In this document: positions 51,151 to 60,743 of the stretch, piece after piece
Layout of the letters: each line of letters starts with the position of its first letter
Numbering within the stretch: the stretch's first letter is position 1
NCBI GenBank assembly: GCA_964202905.1
Contig: CAXNJO010000009.1
Span: forward strand, 64,001-128,000
DNA: 64,000 nucleotides
Source of the DNA: Polyangiales bacterium
Lineage (GTDB): Bacteria; Myxococcota_A; Polyangia; Polyangiales; JADJQN01
Direction: 5' to 3'
The notes under the pieces: model-generated
What the model was told of the DNA's origin: nothing
The model's database searches: none
Seen by the model: the letters and a program-made list of their open reading frames with translations, nothing else
Made by a program: the position numbers and the translations under genes

Positions 51151-52359
51151 ATGCGCAGGCGCCACGCAGCGCTGCTCGCGCTCTACGTCACCCAAGGCCT
51201 GCCCTTCGGCTTCCAGACGGGCGGGCTCGTCTACTACCTCACCGAGCACCGGCTCTCGCTGACGACGATCGGGTTCGTGGGGGCGCTCGCGCTGCCGTGG
51301 GTCTTGAAGGCGCTCTGGGCGCCGCTCGTCGAGGGGACGGGCTCGGCGCGCTTCGGGCGACGACGAAGCTGGATCGTGCCGCTCCAGCTCGCGCTCGCGC
51401 TCAGCGCGGTCGCGATGGCCCGCATCGTCGACGGCGGTGCAATCACGACCGTCGCCGCGCTGGTGCTCGTGATGAACCTGCTCGCGGCGACGATGGACAT
51501 CGCGGTCGACGGAATCGCGCTCGATGCCGCGCGTCCCGAAGACCTCGGGACGATCAACGCGATTCAGGTGATCGGCTTCAAGCTCGGCATGATCGCGGGC
51601 GGCGGGCTGCTCTCGGCCGCGAGCGCGCGCATCGGTTGGGGCGGCGCCTTCCTTGGGATGGCGACGCTCTTCGCGGGGGGCGCGCTCGTCGCGCTGCTCC
51701 TGCGCGAGGCGCCCCCCTCGGAGGAGGCGCGTGCGGCGCGCGCCTCGCCGCTCGCCGTGCTCCGCGCCCTGCCCGCGGCGCTGCGCAGTCCGGGGGCCGG
51801 CTGGGTCTTCGCGTTCGTGGGGACCTACAAGCTCGGCGAGGCGCTCCTCGACGCGATGTACAAGCCGTTCCTGTTGCAGCACTTCGCGAAGGAGCAGGTC
51901 GCGTTGTGGGTGAGCACCTGGGGCGCGGCCGCGTCGCTGCTCGGCGCGCTCGCCGGGTGGACGCTCGTGCGGCGCTTCGCGCTCTTCCCGGCGCTCGCGG
52001 TGGCCGCCTGCCTGCGCCTCGTGCCGGATCTCGCGCAGTGGTGGATCGCGACGGTGGGCGTCGCGCCCGCGTCGGCGATCGCGGTCACCGTGACCGAGCA
52101 TTTCTTCGGCGGGATGCTCACGCCGGTGGTCTTCGCGTTCATGATGTCGCAGGTCGACCGGCGCATCGGGGCGACGCACTACACGCTCCTCGCGACAGTG
52201 GAGGTGCTCGGCAAGGCGCCGGGGGCGTGGCTCTCGGGCCTGCTCGCCGACGCGCTCGGGTTCCGCGCGGTCTTCGGGCTCGGCGCTGCGCTCTCGGCGG
52301 CGTTCCTGCTGCTCCTCGTGCCCGTGCGCCGGCTGCCGGGCCTCGCTCCCGAACGCTGA
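51151..52359 (+). CDS. AmpG-like MFS transporter
   Basis: LYVTQGLPFG, LPWVLKALWAP, GRRRSW, ATMDIAVDG; about 12 TM. Confidence 0.85.
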   Translation: MRRRHAALLALYVTQGLPFGFQTGGLVYYLTEHRLSLTTIGFVGALALPWVLKALWAPLVEGTGSARFGRRRSWIVPLQLALALSAVAMARIVDGGAITTVAALVLVMNLLAATMDIAVDGIALDAARPEDLGTINAIQVIGFKLGMIAGGGLLSAASARIGWGGAFLGMATLFAGGALVALLLREAPPSEEARAARASPLAVLRALPAALRSPGAGWVFAFVGTYKLGEALLDAMYKPFLLQHFAKEQVALWVSTWGAAASLLGALAGWTLVRRFALFPALAVAACLRLVPDLAQWWIATVGVAPASAIAVTVTEHFFGGMLTPVVFAFMMSQVDRRIGATHYTLLATVEVLGKAPGAWLSGLLADALGFRAVFGLGAALSAAFLLLLVPVRRLPGLAPER

Positions 52360-52425
52360 ATGGTGATTCAGCGCCGCGCAGCGCCGCGCTGGCAAGCCGC
52401 GCCGCGATGTGATTCCTTGCGCGGC

Positions 52426-53004
52426 GTGGCGCTCCTCGCCGTGATCGCGCTCGCGCTCGGGCTCTCGATGGACACGGCGGCGGTCGCGCTCTCCGTCGGG
52501 TTCGGTGCGCGCGCGCTGCGGCTCGGCGACGCCCTGCGGATGGCCGCGACCTTCGGCGCGTTCCACATGGGGATGCCGCTGCTCGGCGTGCTCGTCGGGC
52601 AGGCCGCAGCGCGCTGGGTGGCGGCGATCGATCACTGGATCGCCTTCGCGATGCTCGCGTTCATCGGGGGCAAGATGCTCTGGGAGGCCCGTGAGCGGCG
52701 CGTCGCGCAGCGCGACGGCGCGACGCCGCCCGCGGCCGCCGACCCGTTCCGGCTCGGCGCGCTCCTCACGCTCGCGACGGCGACGAGCGTCGACTCGCTC
52801 GGCGCGGGCTTCTCGCTGCCGCTGCTCGGCGTGCCGATCCCCCTCGCGGTGTCGATCATCGGTGGCGTGCCCTTCGTGGTCACGCTCGCCTCGCTCTACG
52901 TCGGGCGACGCTTCGGGGCGCGATTCGGGGCGACGCTCGACGCGATCGGGGGGCTCGTGCTGCTCGCGATCGGCCTCGCGATCGTGGCGCAGCACGCGGG
53001 TTGA
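52426..53004 (+). CDS. mntP: Manganese efflux pump MntP family
   Basis: LGLSMD, MPLLG, DHWIAF, GGKML, ATSVDSL, GGLVL..IG. Confidence 0.85.
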   Translation: MALLAVIALALGLSMDTAAVALSVGFGARALRLGDALRMAATFGAFHMGMPLLGVLVGQAAARWVAAIDHWIAFAMLAFIGGKMLWEARERRVAQRDGATPPAAADPFRLGALLTLATATSVDSLGAGFSLPLLGVPIPLAVSIIGGVPFVVTLASLYVGRRFGARFGATLDAIGGLVLLAIGLAIVAQHAG

Positions 53005-53076
53005 GCGCAGCCGTACCCGCGCGCGGGTGCGCTATGCTCGCCGGCGTTTCGTCTTCACTTCGTCCACCGAGGTCCC

Positions 53077-53949
53077 ATGCGTCTCTCGCGTTTCCGCGTC
53101 TCGTCGCTGTGTCTGTTCGCGCTCGTCGGAACCCTGCTCGGATGCGGCGCGCGCACGCCGCTCACCGACGGCACCGAAGACGGCAGCGTCCCCGGTCGCG
53201 ACGCGAGCAGCGATGGCGGCGGACGGGATGGAGGACCGGGGCGCGACGCGGGTCCGGGGAGTGACCTCGGGCCCATCGGCTGCCGCAGCGACGCGGAGTG
53301 CGACGACGGCGACGACTGCACGAGCGATGTGTGCGTCGAGGGCGAGGGCTGCGTCGCGACGCCGCGCGACGACGACCGCGACGGTGCGCTCAACGCCGCG
53401 TGCGGCGGCGACGACTGCGACGACTCGAACCCCGCGATCCGCCCCGGCGTCGACGAGATCTGTGACGACCGCCGCGACAACGACTGCAACGGCGCCGCCG
53501 ACTGTCGCGACATGGTCTGCGCCGTCAATCCCGTATGCGGTGGGCCTCCGCCACCTCCACCCCCTCCCCCGCCGCCGGGCGACGGCGGCACGGTGACGCG
53601 CGAGATTGGGATCGCCGCGTGCACGAACCTCGTGGACGACGACGGCGACGGGCGGCGTGACTGCAGCGACAACGACTGCCGCGGATTCGGCCCCATGGGC
53701 GAGTGCTGCAACGGGGTCGACGACACGCCGGGCGACGGCGATCCGAACTTCGACCTCTTCGCGTGCCGCTGCTTCAGCGACGCGGACTGCGCGGGCGTCG
53801 GCAGCATCGAGACGAGCTGCTGGACACGCTCGTTCAGCCTCTGCGGTCCGCGCTGCAATTTCGTGGGCGGAAACCGCTTCTGCCGCGAGTTCTTCGCGGG
53901 CTCGCTCGAGGTGTGCGACGCCGCGACCGGCGAGTGCGTCGAGGGCTGA
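53077..53949 (+). CDS. Cys/Asp-rich lipoprotein with putative metal-binding (MopE-like) repeat
   Basis: Lipobox LLGC; DCDDSNPAIRPGVDEICDDRRDNDCNG; poly-Pro linker. Confidence 0.78.
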   Translation: MRLSRFRVSSLCLFALVGTLLGCGARTPLTDGTEDGSVPGRDASSDGGGRDGGPGRDAGPGSDLGPIGCRSDAECDDGDDCTSDVCVEGEGCVATPRDDDRDGALNAACGGDDCDDSNPAIRPGVDEICDDRRDNDCNGAADCRDMVCAVNPVCGGPPPPPPPPPPPGDGGTVTREIGIAACTNLVDDDGDGRRDCSDNDCRGFGPMGECCNGVDDTPGDGDPNFDLFACRCFSDADCAGVGSIETSCWTRSFSLCGPRCNFVGGNRFCREFFAGSLEVCDAATGECVEG

Positions 53950-53963
53950 GCGCCCGAAACGCC

Positions 53964-54485
53964 CTATTTCCCGGAGAGATACTCGCGCCCGTAGCCGACG
54001 TACAGGTTCGCCGCCTCGGCGACGAGGAGGCGGTCGTGGTCGGTGAGCGGGCGCGCGGGCTTCGCCGGGCGCCCGAGCGAAAGGAAGCCACCCTTCAGGA
54101 TGGCATTGGGCGTGACGAGCGAGCCGGCGCCGAGGATCGCGTCGTCCTCGATCCGCGCGTTGTCGAGCACGATGCTGCCCATCCCGACGAGCACGCGGTC
54201 ACCGACGACGCAGCCGTGCAGCGTGACGGCGTGGCCGACGGTGCAGTCCTCGCCGACCGTGGTCGCGCTGAGGCCGCCCGTCGCGTGAACGACGCTGTTG
54301 TCCTGGATGGAGGTGCGCGCACCGATGACGATCGGGGCGACGTCGCCGCGCAGGACCGCGCCGAACCAGATGGACGCGCCGGGCCCGATGGTGACGTCGC
54401 CGATCAGCGTCGCCGTCGGCGCGACGAAAGCGGTGGGGTGGACGGTGGGCAGGACGCCGCGGTAGGGGATTCGGACGTAGGACAT
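53964..54485 (-). CDS. Gamma-carbonic anhydrase family (YrdA/PaaY-like) hexapeptide protein
   Basis: IGDVTIG, GAVLRGD, IQDNSVVH, VGHAVTLHGC. Confidence 0.9.
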   Translation of the reverse strand: MSYVRIPYRGVLPTVHPTAFVAPTATLIGDVTIGPGASIWFGAVLRGDVAPIVIGARTSIQDNSVVHATGGLSATTVGEDCTVGHAVTLHGCVVGDRVLVGMGSIVLDNARIEDDAILGAGSLVTPNAILKGGFLSLGRPAKPARPLTDHDRLLVAEAANLYVGYGREYLSGK

Positions 54486-54573
54486 CGCGCGCCGGTGTCG
54501 CGCGCGCGGGGCGCGGTGGCAAGCGGAACCGCGCGGGCGGGCGAGAGCGGGGCGCGGGCGAGAGCGCGCCCGG

Positions 54574-56022
54574 TCAGGAGACGCCGGGATCTCCACCGAC
54601 GACGTCGAGGCGCACTCGAGGCTGCTTCGCGCGAGGCGAGACCGGCAGCACGACGCCCCCCTCCATGCGGCCGAGAAGCGAGTGCTTGAACGCCCCCACG
54701 ATCTCGGCGCGCACGAGCGTGCCCGTCGGGTCGACGCCGGCGGGCGCCTCGACGTGCACGATCTCGTGGCGCTCGCTGCGCCCCGCGAAACGGCCGGATC
54801 CGTCACGCGAGGGGCCCTCGACGAGCACCTCCGCGCTGCGACCCACGAGCGACGCGAGGTGCGCCTGCTGCTGCTGCTCGACGAGCGCGAAGAGCCGCGC
54901 GAGCCGGTCGTCCTTCGTGGACTCGGGGACGTCGTCACCGAGCGCGAGGGCCGGCGTGTGGGGGCGGGGCGAGTACTTGAACCCGAAGGCCGCGACGAAG
55001 CCCGCCTCGCGCACGAGGGAGAGGGTCTCGAGGAAGTCCTCCTCCGTCTCGCCGGGGAAGCCGACGATGATGTCCGTCGAGAGCGTGAGGCCCGCGCGGG
55101 ACGCGTGCAGTTCAGCCGCGCGGGCGAGGTACTCCTCGCGCGAGTAGCGGCGGATCATGCGTTTGAGCACGCGATCCGAGCCGGACTGCACGGGCAGGTG
55201 CACGTGCACGGGGAGGAGCGCGAGCTCCGCGTGCGCGGCGACGAGCGCGGGCGTGACGTGGCGCGGGTGCGGCGACGTGTAGCGGAGGCGCAGCAACTCC
55301 GGCACCTCCTCGGCGATGCGGCGCAGCAGCCCCGCGAAGTGCGACTCGGTGCGGCGTCGCTCGCGCAGGTCGAGCGTCTCCCCGGAGGGGCCTGGGTCGT
55401 ACCAGCTGTTGACCGTCTGGCCGAGGAGCGTCACCTCGCGCACGCCGCCGCGGGCGAGCGCGCGCACCTCCGCGACGATGTCGTCGGCGGCGCGGTAGCG
55501 CTCGGGGCCGCGCGTCGTCGGCACGATGCAGAACGAGCAGCGCTCGTCGCAGCCCTTCATCACCGTGACGAACGCGCTCGTCTCGCGGCGCGCGTCCCCC
55601 CGCGGCCGGGCGTGCAGGAACTGCGGCGTCTCGAGGTCGAAGACCGTCCGCGCGATGGGGGGCGCGCCATCGCGCAGCGCCTCGACGAGCGCGGGGAGCT
55701 CGGGGATGTTGTCCGGGCCGAGCACGAGGTCGATGTGCCCGATGTCGCGGAGGAGCTTCTCGCCCTCCTGCTGCGCGACGCAGCCCGCGACCGCGATGAC
55801 GAGCCCGGGGCGCGCGTCCTTGAGCGGACGCAGCCAACCGACGGCGCTGCGGAGCTTGTGCTCGGCCTTCTCGCGGACGCTGCACGTGTTGAAGAGCACG
55901 AGGTCGGCGAGCGCGGACTCGTCGGTCGCCTCCCAGCCGTCGGCCTCGAGCACCTCCTCGATCCGCCGGGAGTCGTGCGCGTTCATCTGGCAGCCGAACG
56001 TCTGGACGAGGAAGCGCTTCAT
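54574..56022 (-). CDS. miaB: tRNA-i6A37 methylthiotransferase
   Basis: TFGCQMN, NTCSVREKA, GCVAQQEG, CDERCSFC radical-SAM motif, TSPHP, TDIIVGFPGET, YSPRP, TRAM domain. Confidence 0.95.
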   Translation of the reverse strand: MKRFLVQTFGCQMNAHDSRRIEEVLEADGWEATDESALADLVLFNTCSVREKAEHKLRSAVGWLRPLKDARPGLVIAVAGCVAQQEGEKLLRDIGHIDLVLGPDNIPELPALVEALRDGAPPIARTVFDLETPQFLHARPRGDARRETSAFVTVMKGCDERCSFCIVPTTRGPERYRAADDIVAEVRALARGGVREVTLLGQTVNSWYDPGPSGETLDLRERRRTESHFAGLLRRIAEEVPELLRLRYTSPHPRHVTPALVAAHAELALLPVHVHLPVQSGSDRVLKRMIRRYSREEYLARAAELHASRAGLTLSTDIIVGFPGETEEDFLETLSLVREAGFVAAFGFKYSPRPHTPALALGDDVPESTKDDRLARLFALVEQQQQAHLASLVGRSAEVLVEGPSRDGSGRFAGRSERHEIVHVEAPAGVDPTGTLVRAEIVGAFKHSLLGRMEGGVVLPVSPRAKQPRVRLDVVGGDPGVS

Positions 56023-56095
56023 GGTGCGCGGGCGAAGCTAGCACGCGCGTCGCGCCGCGCGGCCGTGGCCCACCGGTGCGCCAACACGCCGCTTT

Positions 56096-57811
56096 TCAGG
56101 GCGCACCGAGCGCGAGCGCGCGCCGCCGCCCGTCGGCCTCGCGCCAGCCGCTCGGCGCGTCCTTCGGGTGGACGGGACCCGCGAACTCGAGCTCGCGGGC
56201 GATGTCGAAGTCGGTCACACCGCTCGTGCGCACGTAGCGGACGAGGGCCGCGTAGGGCGCGAAGAACAGCAGGAACGGGAAGAAATTCTTCACGACGACG
56301 ACGTTCGCGTCGCGCATGCGGAGGCCCGCGTTGCGATAGAAAGCGGGGCTGATCGCGAGCGCAGGGCCTTCGACGACGACCACGCGCACGTCACCGATGC
56401 GCAGCACCGCCATGCGGTCCACGCCGTGCGCGCGCGGCAGCCCGATGAGCTCGGCGCGGACGTGCAGCGGCGCGGCGCGGCGCGGGTCGAGCTTGCCGCC
56501 GAGCGTGACCTCCACGGTGTCGCCGACGCGGTGCTCGCGCCAGAGGCGCTCGACGGTCTCGGGATCGCGCAGCGGCACGTAGCTCACGAGGCCCGCGCCC
56601 TCGTCGAGAAGCGCGCGCAACAGCGCGGTGTTCTCGCCGGGCGCACCCGCCGAGACGACGTCGGACGCGTCCGCGAGCACGGCGACGCGGAGCGGGATGC
56701 GCCGCACGGTGCGGGCCGCCGCGATGGCCTCGACCGGCGTCGCGAACGTGGGCGGGAGCGCGTCGCGCACGGCCCAGCAGAGCTCGGCGAGCGACTCGGC
56801 GTGGTGTTCGCCGAGGTCCGGCGCGTCGTCGGTGACGACGAGCGTCGACCAACCCAGCTCACGGTGCGCGTTCCACGGATGCACCGTCATCACGGTGGCG
56901 GCGAGCACGCGCGGGTCGGACGCCTCGAGCTCGTCCATGCGGCGAAAGATCGCGCGCAGCGGCGGCCAGAAGTCGAGCGTGGGCGAGCCGCCGAGCAGCA
57001 TCGGCAGGCTGCGCCACGCGATCCGCGGGCGGATCTCGCCGAGCACGGTGCGCAGCAACAGGCGGCCCACGCGCGCGCCGATGGCCGCGTGATCGCGATG
57101 CGGGTTGGTGCGATAGCCCTGCACGATGCAGGCGCGATCGACGAGGCCGCGCGTCACGTTGCCGTGCAGATCGAGGCTCACGGCGATGGGGACGTCGCGA
57201 CCGATCACCGCCTGCAGGCGCCGCAGCATCTCGCTCTCGGGCCCCTCGGAGGGCGCGAGCGGCAGGTCCGCGACGCCCATCGCGCCGTGCAGCGCGAGGT
57301 AGAGGCCGTCGATCGGCCCGGCTGCGCGCAGGTGCGCCGCCATGCGCTCGACGAGCTCGTCGAAGCAGGCGCGCGTGAGCGGCCCCGAGGGCACGGCCCA
57401 CGCGGAGAGCAACGGCACGAGCTCCACGCGCACGTCGCGCTCCTCGGCGGCCGCGACGACGCCCGCGACGAAGCCGGAGAGCTCGGCGTTCCGAGCGAAA
57501 CCGGAGGCCTCGGTGCCGAGCCAGCGGCAGCGCGCGGCGAGGTCGTCGCCCTCGTGGAAGTGTGTCTGGCGGAAGTCGTCGGTCGTCGTGAGGACGGGGG
57601 AGAAGGCGTTGGTCTCCTGGTTGATGCGCCCGTAGGCGAGGCGAATCACGCGGGTTCCGCGGCCCGGGCCGTGGGGATCGAGCCTGCGCACCGCGTCGCG
57701 CGCGGCCTCACCGAGCTCGCCGCCGACGCGCCGCCCGACGGCGCGGACGAGGCGCCCGAGCAGCGCCGCGTCGAGGGCGCCCCCGGAGCCGAGCCCCTCG
57801 ATGAAGCTCAT
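56096..57811 (-). CDS. M81 family (MlrC-like) metallopeptidase/amidase
   Basis: QETNAFSP, LALHGAM, SLDLHGN, YRTNPHRD, DASDVVSAG, VVVK; ATG overlaps the upstream stop. Confidence 0.85.
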   Translation of the reverse strand: MSFIEGLGSGGALDAALLGRLVRAVGRRVGGELGEAARDAVRRLDPHGPGRGTRVIRLAYGRINQETNAFSPVLTTTDDFRQTHFHEGDDLAARCRWLGTEASGFARNAELSGFVAGVVAAAEERDVRVELVPLLSAWAVPSGPLTRACFDELVERMAAHLRAAGPIDGLYLALHGAMGVADLPLAPSEGPESEMLRRLQAVIGRDVPIAVSLDLHGNVTRGLVDRACIVQGYRTNPHRDHAAIGARVGRLLLRTVLGEIRPRIAWRSLPMLLGGSPTLDFWPPLRAIFRRMDELEASDPRVLAATVMTVHPWNAHRELGWSTLVVTDDAPDLGEHHAESLAELCWAVRDALPPTFATPVEAIAAARTVRRIPLRVAVLADASDVVSAGAPGENTALLRALLDEGAGLVSYVPLRDPETVERLWREHRVGDTVEVTLGGKLDPRRAAPLHVRAELIGLPRAHGVDRMAVLRIGDVRVVVVEGPALAISPAFYRNAGLRMRDANVVVVKNFFPFLLFFAPYAALVRYVRTSGVTDFDIARELEFAGPVHPKDAPSGWREADGRRRALALGAP

Positions 57812-59298
57812 TCGTCCCCCCCGAACACGCGGCTCTTCAGCGCGTCGAGCTTGTCGAGGGCGCCGAGCGCGCGCTCGCCGTACTTCTCGAGCAGCGCGCC
57901 GAGCGGGCCGTCGCGTCCGGGTTCGGCGCCGGCCTGCGCGTCGTCGGGGCCATACATCTGCTCGACCATCTTCTCGACGGCGACGCGCACCGCGCCGCGC
58001 ACCGGGAGCCGCGCGACGAGCCCGTACATCGCGGCGTTGCCACGCGCACGGTACTCGGGGTGCGCGCGCACGAAGTCGACCGAGGCGCGGAGATCCGCGA
58101 GGTAGCGCTCGGTGATGGGCTCGTGGTGGGCGATGACCGTGAGGTGCACCGTCGTCGGACGGTGCTGCCGGTCGACGAGCCAGCCGCGGTCCTCGAGCTG
58201 GTCGGCGACGGCGAAGGTGTCGATGGCCGGGTCGGACGAGGCCCAGCAGACGATGGTCGTCGGATCGTCGGAGACGAGCCGCAAGCCGTCGATCGCGGCG
58301 ATGCCGTCGCGGAGGGCGCGCGTCGCCTTCCACGAGCTCGCTGCGAGCGCGGTGAGGCCCTCGTCGCCGAGCGCCTGCAGGCCCGCCCACGCCGCGGCGA
58401 TCGGACCACCGGGCCGCGTCCCCGGCATCGACGGCGACACGTAGATGCCACCGGGAAAATCCGTCGCGACGAAGAACTGGTGCTTGAGGTAGTCGATGGA
58501 GCGGTACGTGATGGTCGACGCGCCCTTCGCGGCGTAGCCGTATTTGTGCACGTCGGCCGAGATGCTCGTCACGCCGGGGACGCGGAAATCCCACGCCGGA
58601 ACGGGCAGACCGAGCCGCTCGAGGAAGGGCAACAAGAAGCCGCCGACGCACGCGTCGACGTGGAACGGGACCCCCTTGCGCTCGGCGATCGCGCCGATCT
58701 CGGCGATCGGGTCGATCACGCCGTGCGGGTACTGCGGCGCCGACGCCGCGATCATCACGGTGTTGCGGTCGACGAGGCGCGCGAGCTTCGCGACGTCCAC
58801 GCGCATGTCGGGGCCGAGCGGCGCCTTCTTCAGGCGCACGCCGAAGTAGTGGCCCGCCTTGTCGAACGCGGGGTGTGCGCTGATGGGGAGCACGAGGTTC
58901 GGACGCCGGATCCAGGGGCGCTTCTTGCGGGCGAGATCGCGGTACGTCTTGACCGCGAGGAGCAGCGACTCGGTGCCGCCCGAGGTCATGGTGCCGACCG
59001 CGTTCGAGTCGCCGCGGAGCATCGTCGCGGTCATGCGCGAGACGTCCTTCTCCATGCGCTTGAGGCTCTGGAACGCGAGCGGATTGAGCCCGTTCTCCGA
59101 GAAGAACTGGGCGTGCGCCTCCTTCAGGAACGCGGAGTGCGCATCACCGCCGTGGTAGACGAGGCTGAAGACGCGGCCGTCCTTCCAGTCGACGTCGCCG
59201 TCGTGCAGCGCGCGGAGCGACGCGAGGAGATCGGCGTGCGGAACACCCTGGGATGGCAGGGCGCGGAGCGTGGGCGCGGGGGCATGGGGCTTGGACAC
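57808..59298 (-). CDS. Sphingosine-1-phosphate lyase-like PLP enzyme
   Basis: WKDGRVFSLVY, NGLNP..F, TSGGTES, AHPAFDKA, HVDACVGGF, SADVHKYG, GTRPGG. Confidence 0.85.
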   Translation of the reverse strand: MSKPHAPAPTLRALPSQGVPHADLLASLRALHDGDVDWKDGRVFSLVYHGGDAHSAFLKEAHAQFFSENGLNPLAFQSLKRMEKDVSRMTATMLRGDSNAVGTMTSGGTESLLLAVKTYRDLARKKRPWIRRPNLVLPISAHPAFDKAGHYFGVRLKKAPLGPDMRVDVAKLARLVDRNTVMIAASAPQYPHGVIDPIAEIGAIAERKGVPFHVDACVGGFLLPFLERLGLPVPAWDFRVPGVTSISADVHKYGYAAKGASTITYRSIDYLKHQFFVATDFPGGIYVSPSMPGTRPGGPIAAAWAGLQALGDEGLTALAASSWKATRALRDGIAAIDGLRLVSDDPTTIVCWASSDPAIDTFAVADQLEDRGWLVDRQHRPTTVHLTVIAHHEPITERYLADLRASVDFVRAHPEYRARGNAAMYGLVARLPVRGAVRVAVEKMVEQMYGPDDAQAGAEPGRDGPLGALLEKYGERALGALDKLDALKSRVFGGDE

Positions 59299-59329
59299 GG
59301 CCCCGATAGTAGCGCACGCGGGGCAGCGG

Positions 59330-60736
59330 TCAGCCGCGCACGAGGTGCTCGACCGCACGGCGCAGCGAGGCGAGGTCGTGCACCGGATGCGACGCGTCGC
59401 AGAGGGGCTCGTAGAGTTTCATCGCGCTGTCGCCGAAGCCCCACGCGCCGGGGGGCTCGGGGTTGAACCAGAGCACGCGACCCGCGCGGCGGCGCACCTC
59501 GCGCAGCGCCTCGGTGTTCGGGTCGTTGTAGTTGTTGCGCCCGTCGCCGAGCACGACGACCGTGGTGCGCGGATCGAGCGCGTCGACGTGCCGCGCGAGC
59601 AGCTGCGCGAAGGCCGCGCCGTAATGGCTGTTCGCCGCGACGCTGACGACGCTGCCGCCGTACGCGAGCGCGATCGCACGCTCGGGCGGGTTCGTGGCGA
59701 AGAGCTCCGTCGTCTCGGCGAGATCGGAGACGAAGACGAACGAGCGCGTGCGCGCGAAGACCTCCTGCACGCCGTGCACGAGGACGAGCAGGAAGCGCGC
59801 GGCCGTACGCACGGAGTCGCTGACGTCGCAGAGGAGCACGAGCTTCGGGCGATCGCGGCGGCGGCGGCGCAGCACGGGGCGGAACGGCAGCGCGCCCGTG
59901 CGGAACGAGGCGCGCAGCGTGCGGCGCACGTCGAGCTGGCCACGCCGCGCGCGGCGGCGACGCACGGCGAGGCGTCCTCGAAGCCGCTCGGCGAGGCGCT
60001 CGACCTCGGCCATCACGCGGGCGACCTCGTCGCGATCGAGCTGCGCGAAGGCCCGCTCTTCGAGGCGCGCGCGGCGCAGATCGTCGCGCTGCGTCGTGGT
60101 GCGGCGGCGCAGCTCGTCCTGCACGAAGCTCCGCGCGACGTGCCGGAACTTCTCGAGCTCCGCGGAGACCGCGTCGACGAGCGCGTCGCCGCGTGCGCCG
60201 AGCGCGTCGCGGAGCCGCGACCGCACCGCGCCGAGCTCCGTCTGCGCCCGCGGGATCCCCGCGGCGTCGAGCACGCGCATCGTGAAATAGCCGACCTGCA
60301 TCGGGGCCTGCATGCGCTCGAGCTGCGCCGCGCGGCCCGCGACCGAGAGCAGGTGATCGAGCGCGCCCCCGCCCGCCACGAGGGCCGCGAGGCCGGTTGC
60401 GGCGCCCGCCTCCTGCCGCGCGCCGAGGGCCTCGAGCACCTCGTCGAGCGCGCCGATCTCGGCCTCCGTGAAGCCCTGCGAGCGCAGGCGATCGTAGAGG
60501 TTCCCCTGCGCGCGGCCGTCCGCGGCGAAGAACGCGTCGAACGCCCGATCGAAGACCGCGCGCTGGTCCGCGGACTTGAGCATGACCGCGCGGAGGGCGG
60601 CCTTGAGGTCGTCCCGTCGCCCGACCCCGACGGCCATCGCCGCGCGCTCGACGTCGATCGCCTCGACGGGCGAGAGCGCGAGGCCGGCGCGGCGGGCCGT
60701 CGACACGAACTCGTGCAGGACGGTGTCGAGCGCCAT
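59330..60736 (-). CDS. CoxE-like VWA domain protein
   Basis: LDVRRTLRAS..TG, LCDVSDSV MIDAS, LGDGRNN, WFNPE, GDSAM..Y. Confidence 0.88.
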   Translation of the reverse strand: MALDTVLHEFVSTARRAGLALSPVEAIDVERAAMAVGVGRRDDLKAALRAVMLKSADQRAVFDRAFDAFFAADGRAQGNLYDRLRSQGFTEAEIGALDEVLEALGARQEAGAATGLAALVAGGGALDHLLSVAGRAAQLERMQAPMQVGYFTMRVLDAAGIPRAQTELGAVRSRLRDALGARGDALVDAVSAELEKFRHVARSFVQDELRRRTTTQRDDLRRARLEERAFAQLDRDEVARVMAEVERLAERLRGRLAVRRRRARRGQLDVRRTLRASFRTGALPFRPVLRRRRRDRPKLVLLCDVSDSVRTAARFLLVLVHGVQEVFARTRSFVFVSDLAETTELFATNPPERAIALAYGGSVVSVAANSHYGAAFAQLLARHVDALDPRTTVVVLGDGRNNYNDPNTEALREVRRRAGRVLWFNPEPPGAWGFGDSAMKLYEPLCDASHPVHDLASLRRAVEHLVRG

Positions 60737-60743
60737 CGCGGAC

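Noticed and set aside
52360..52425. yybP-ykoY Mn2+ riboswitch before mntP
   Set aside because: Only 66 bp separate it from the upstream gene and no consensus elements were recognised
56096..57811. Microcystin degradation cluster
   Set aside because: Only an MlrC-family gene; no mlrA, mlrB or mlrD, and the family is widespread
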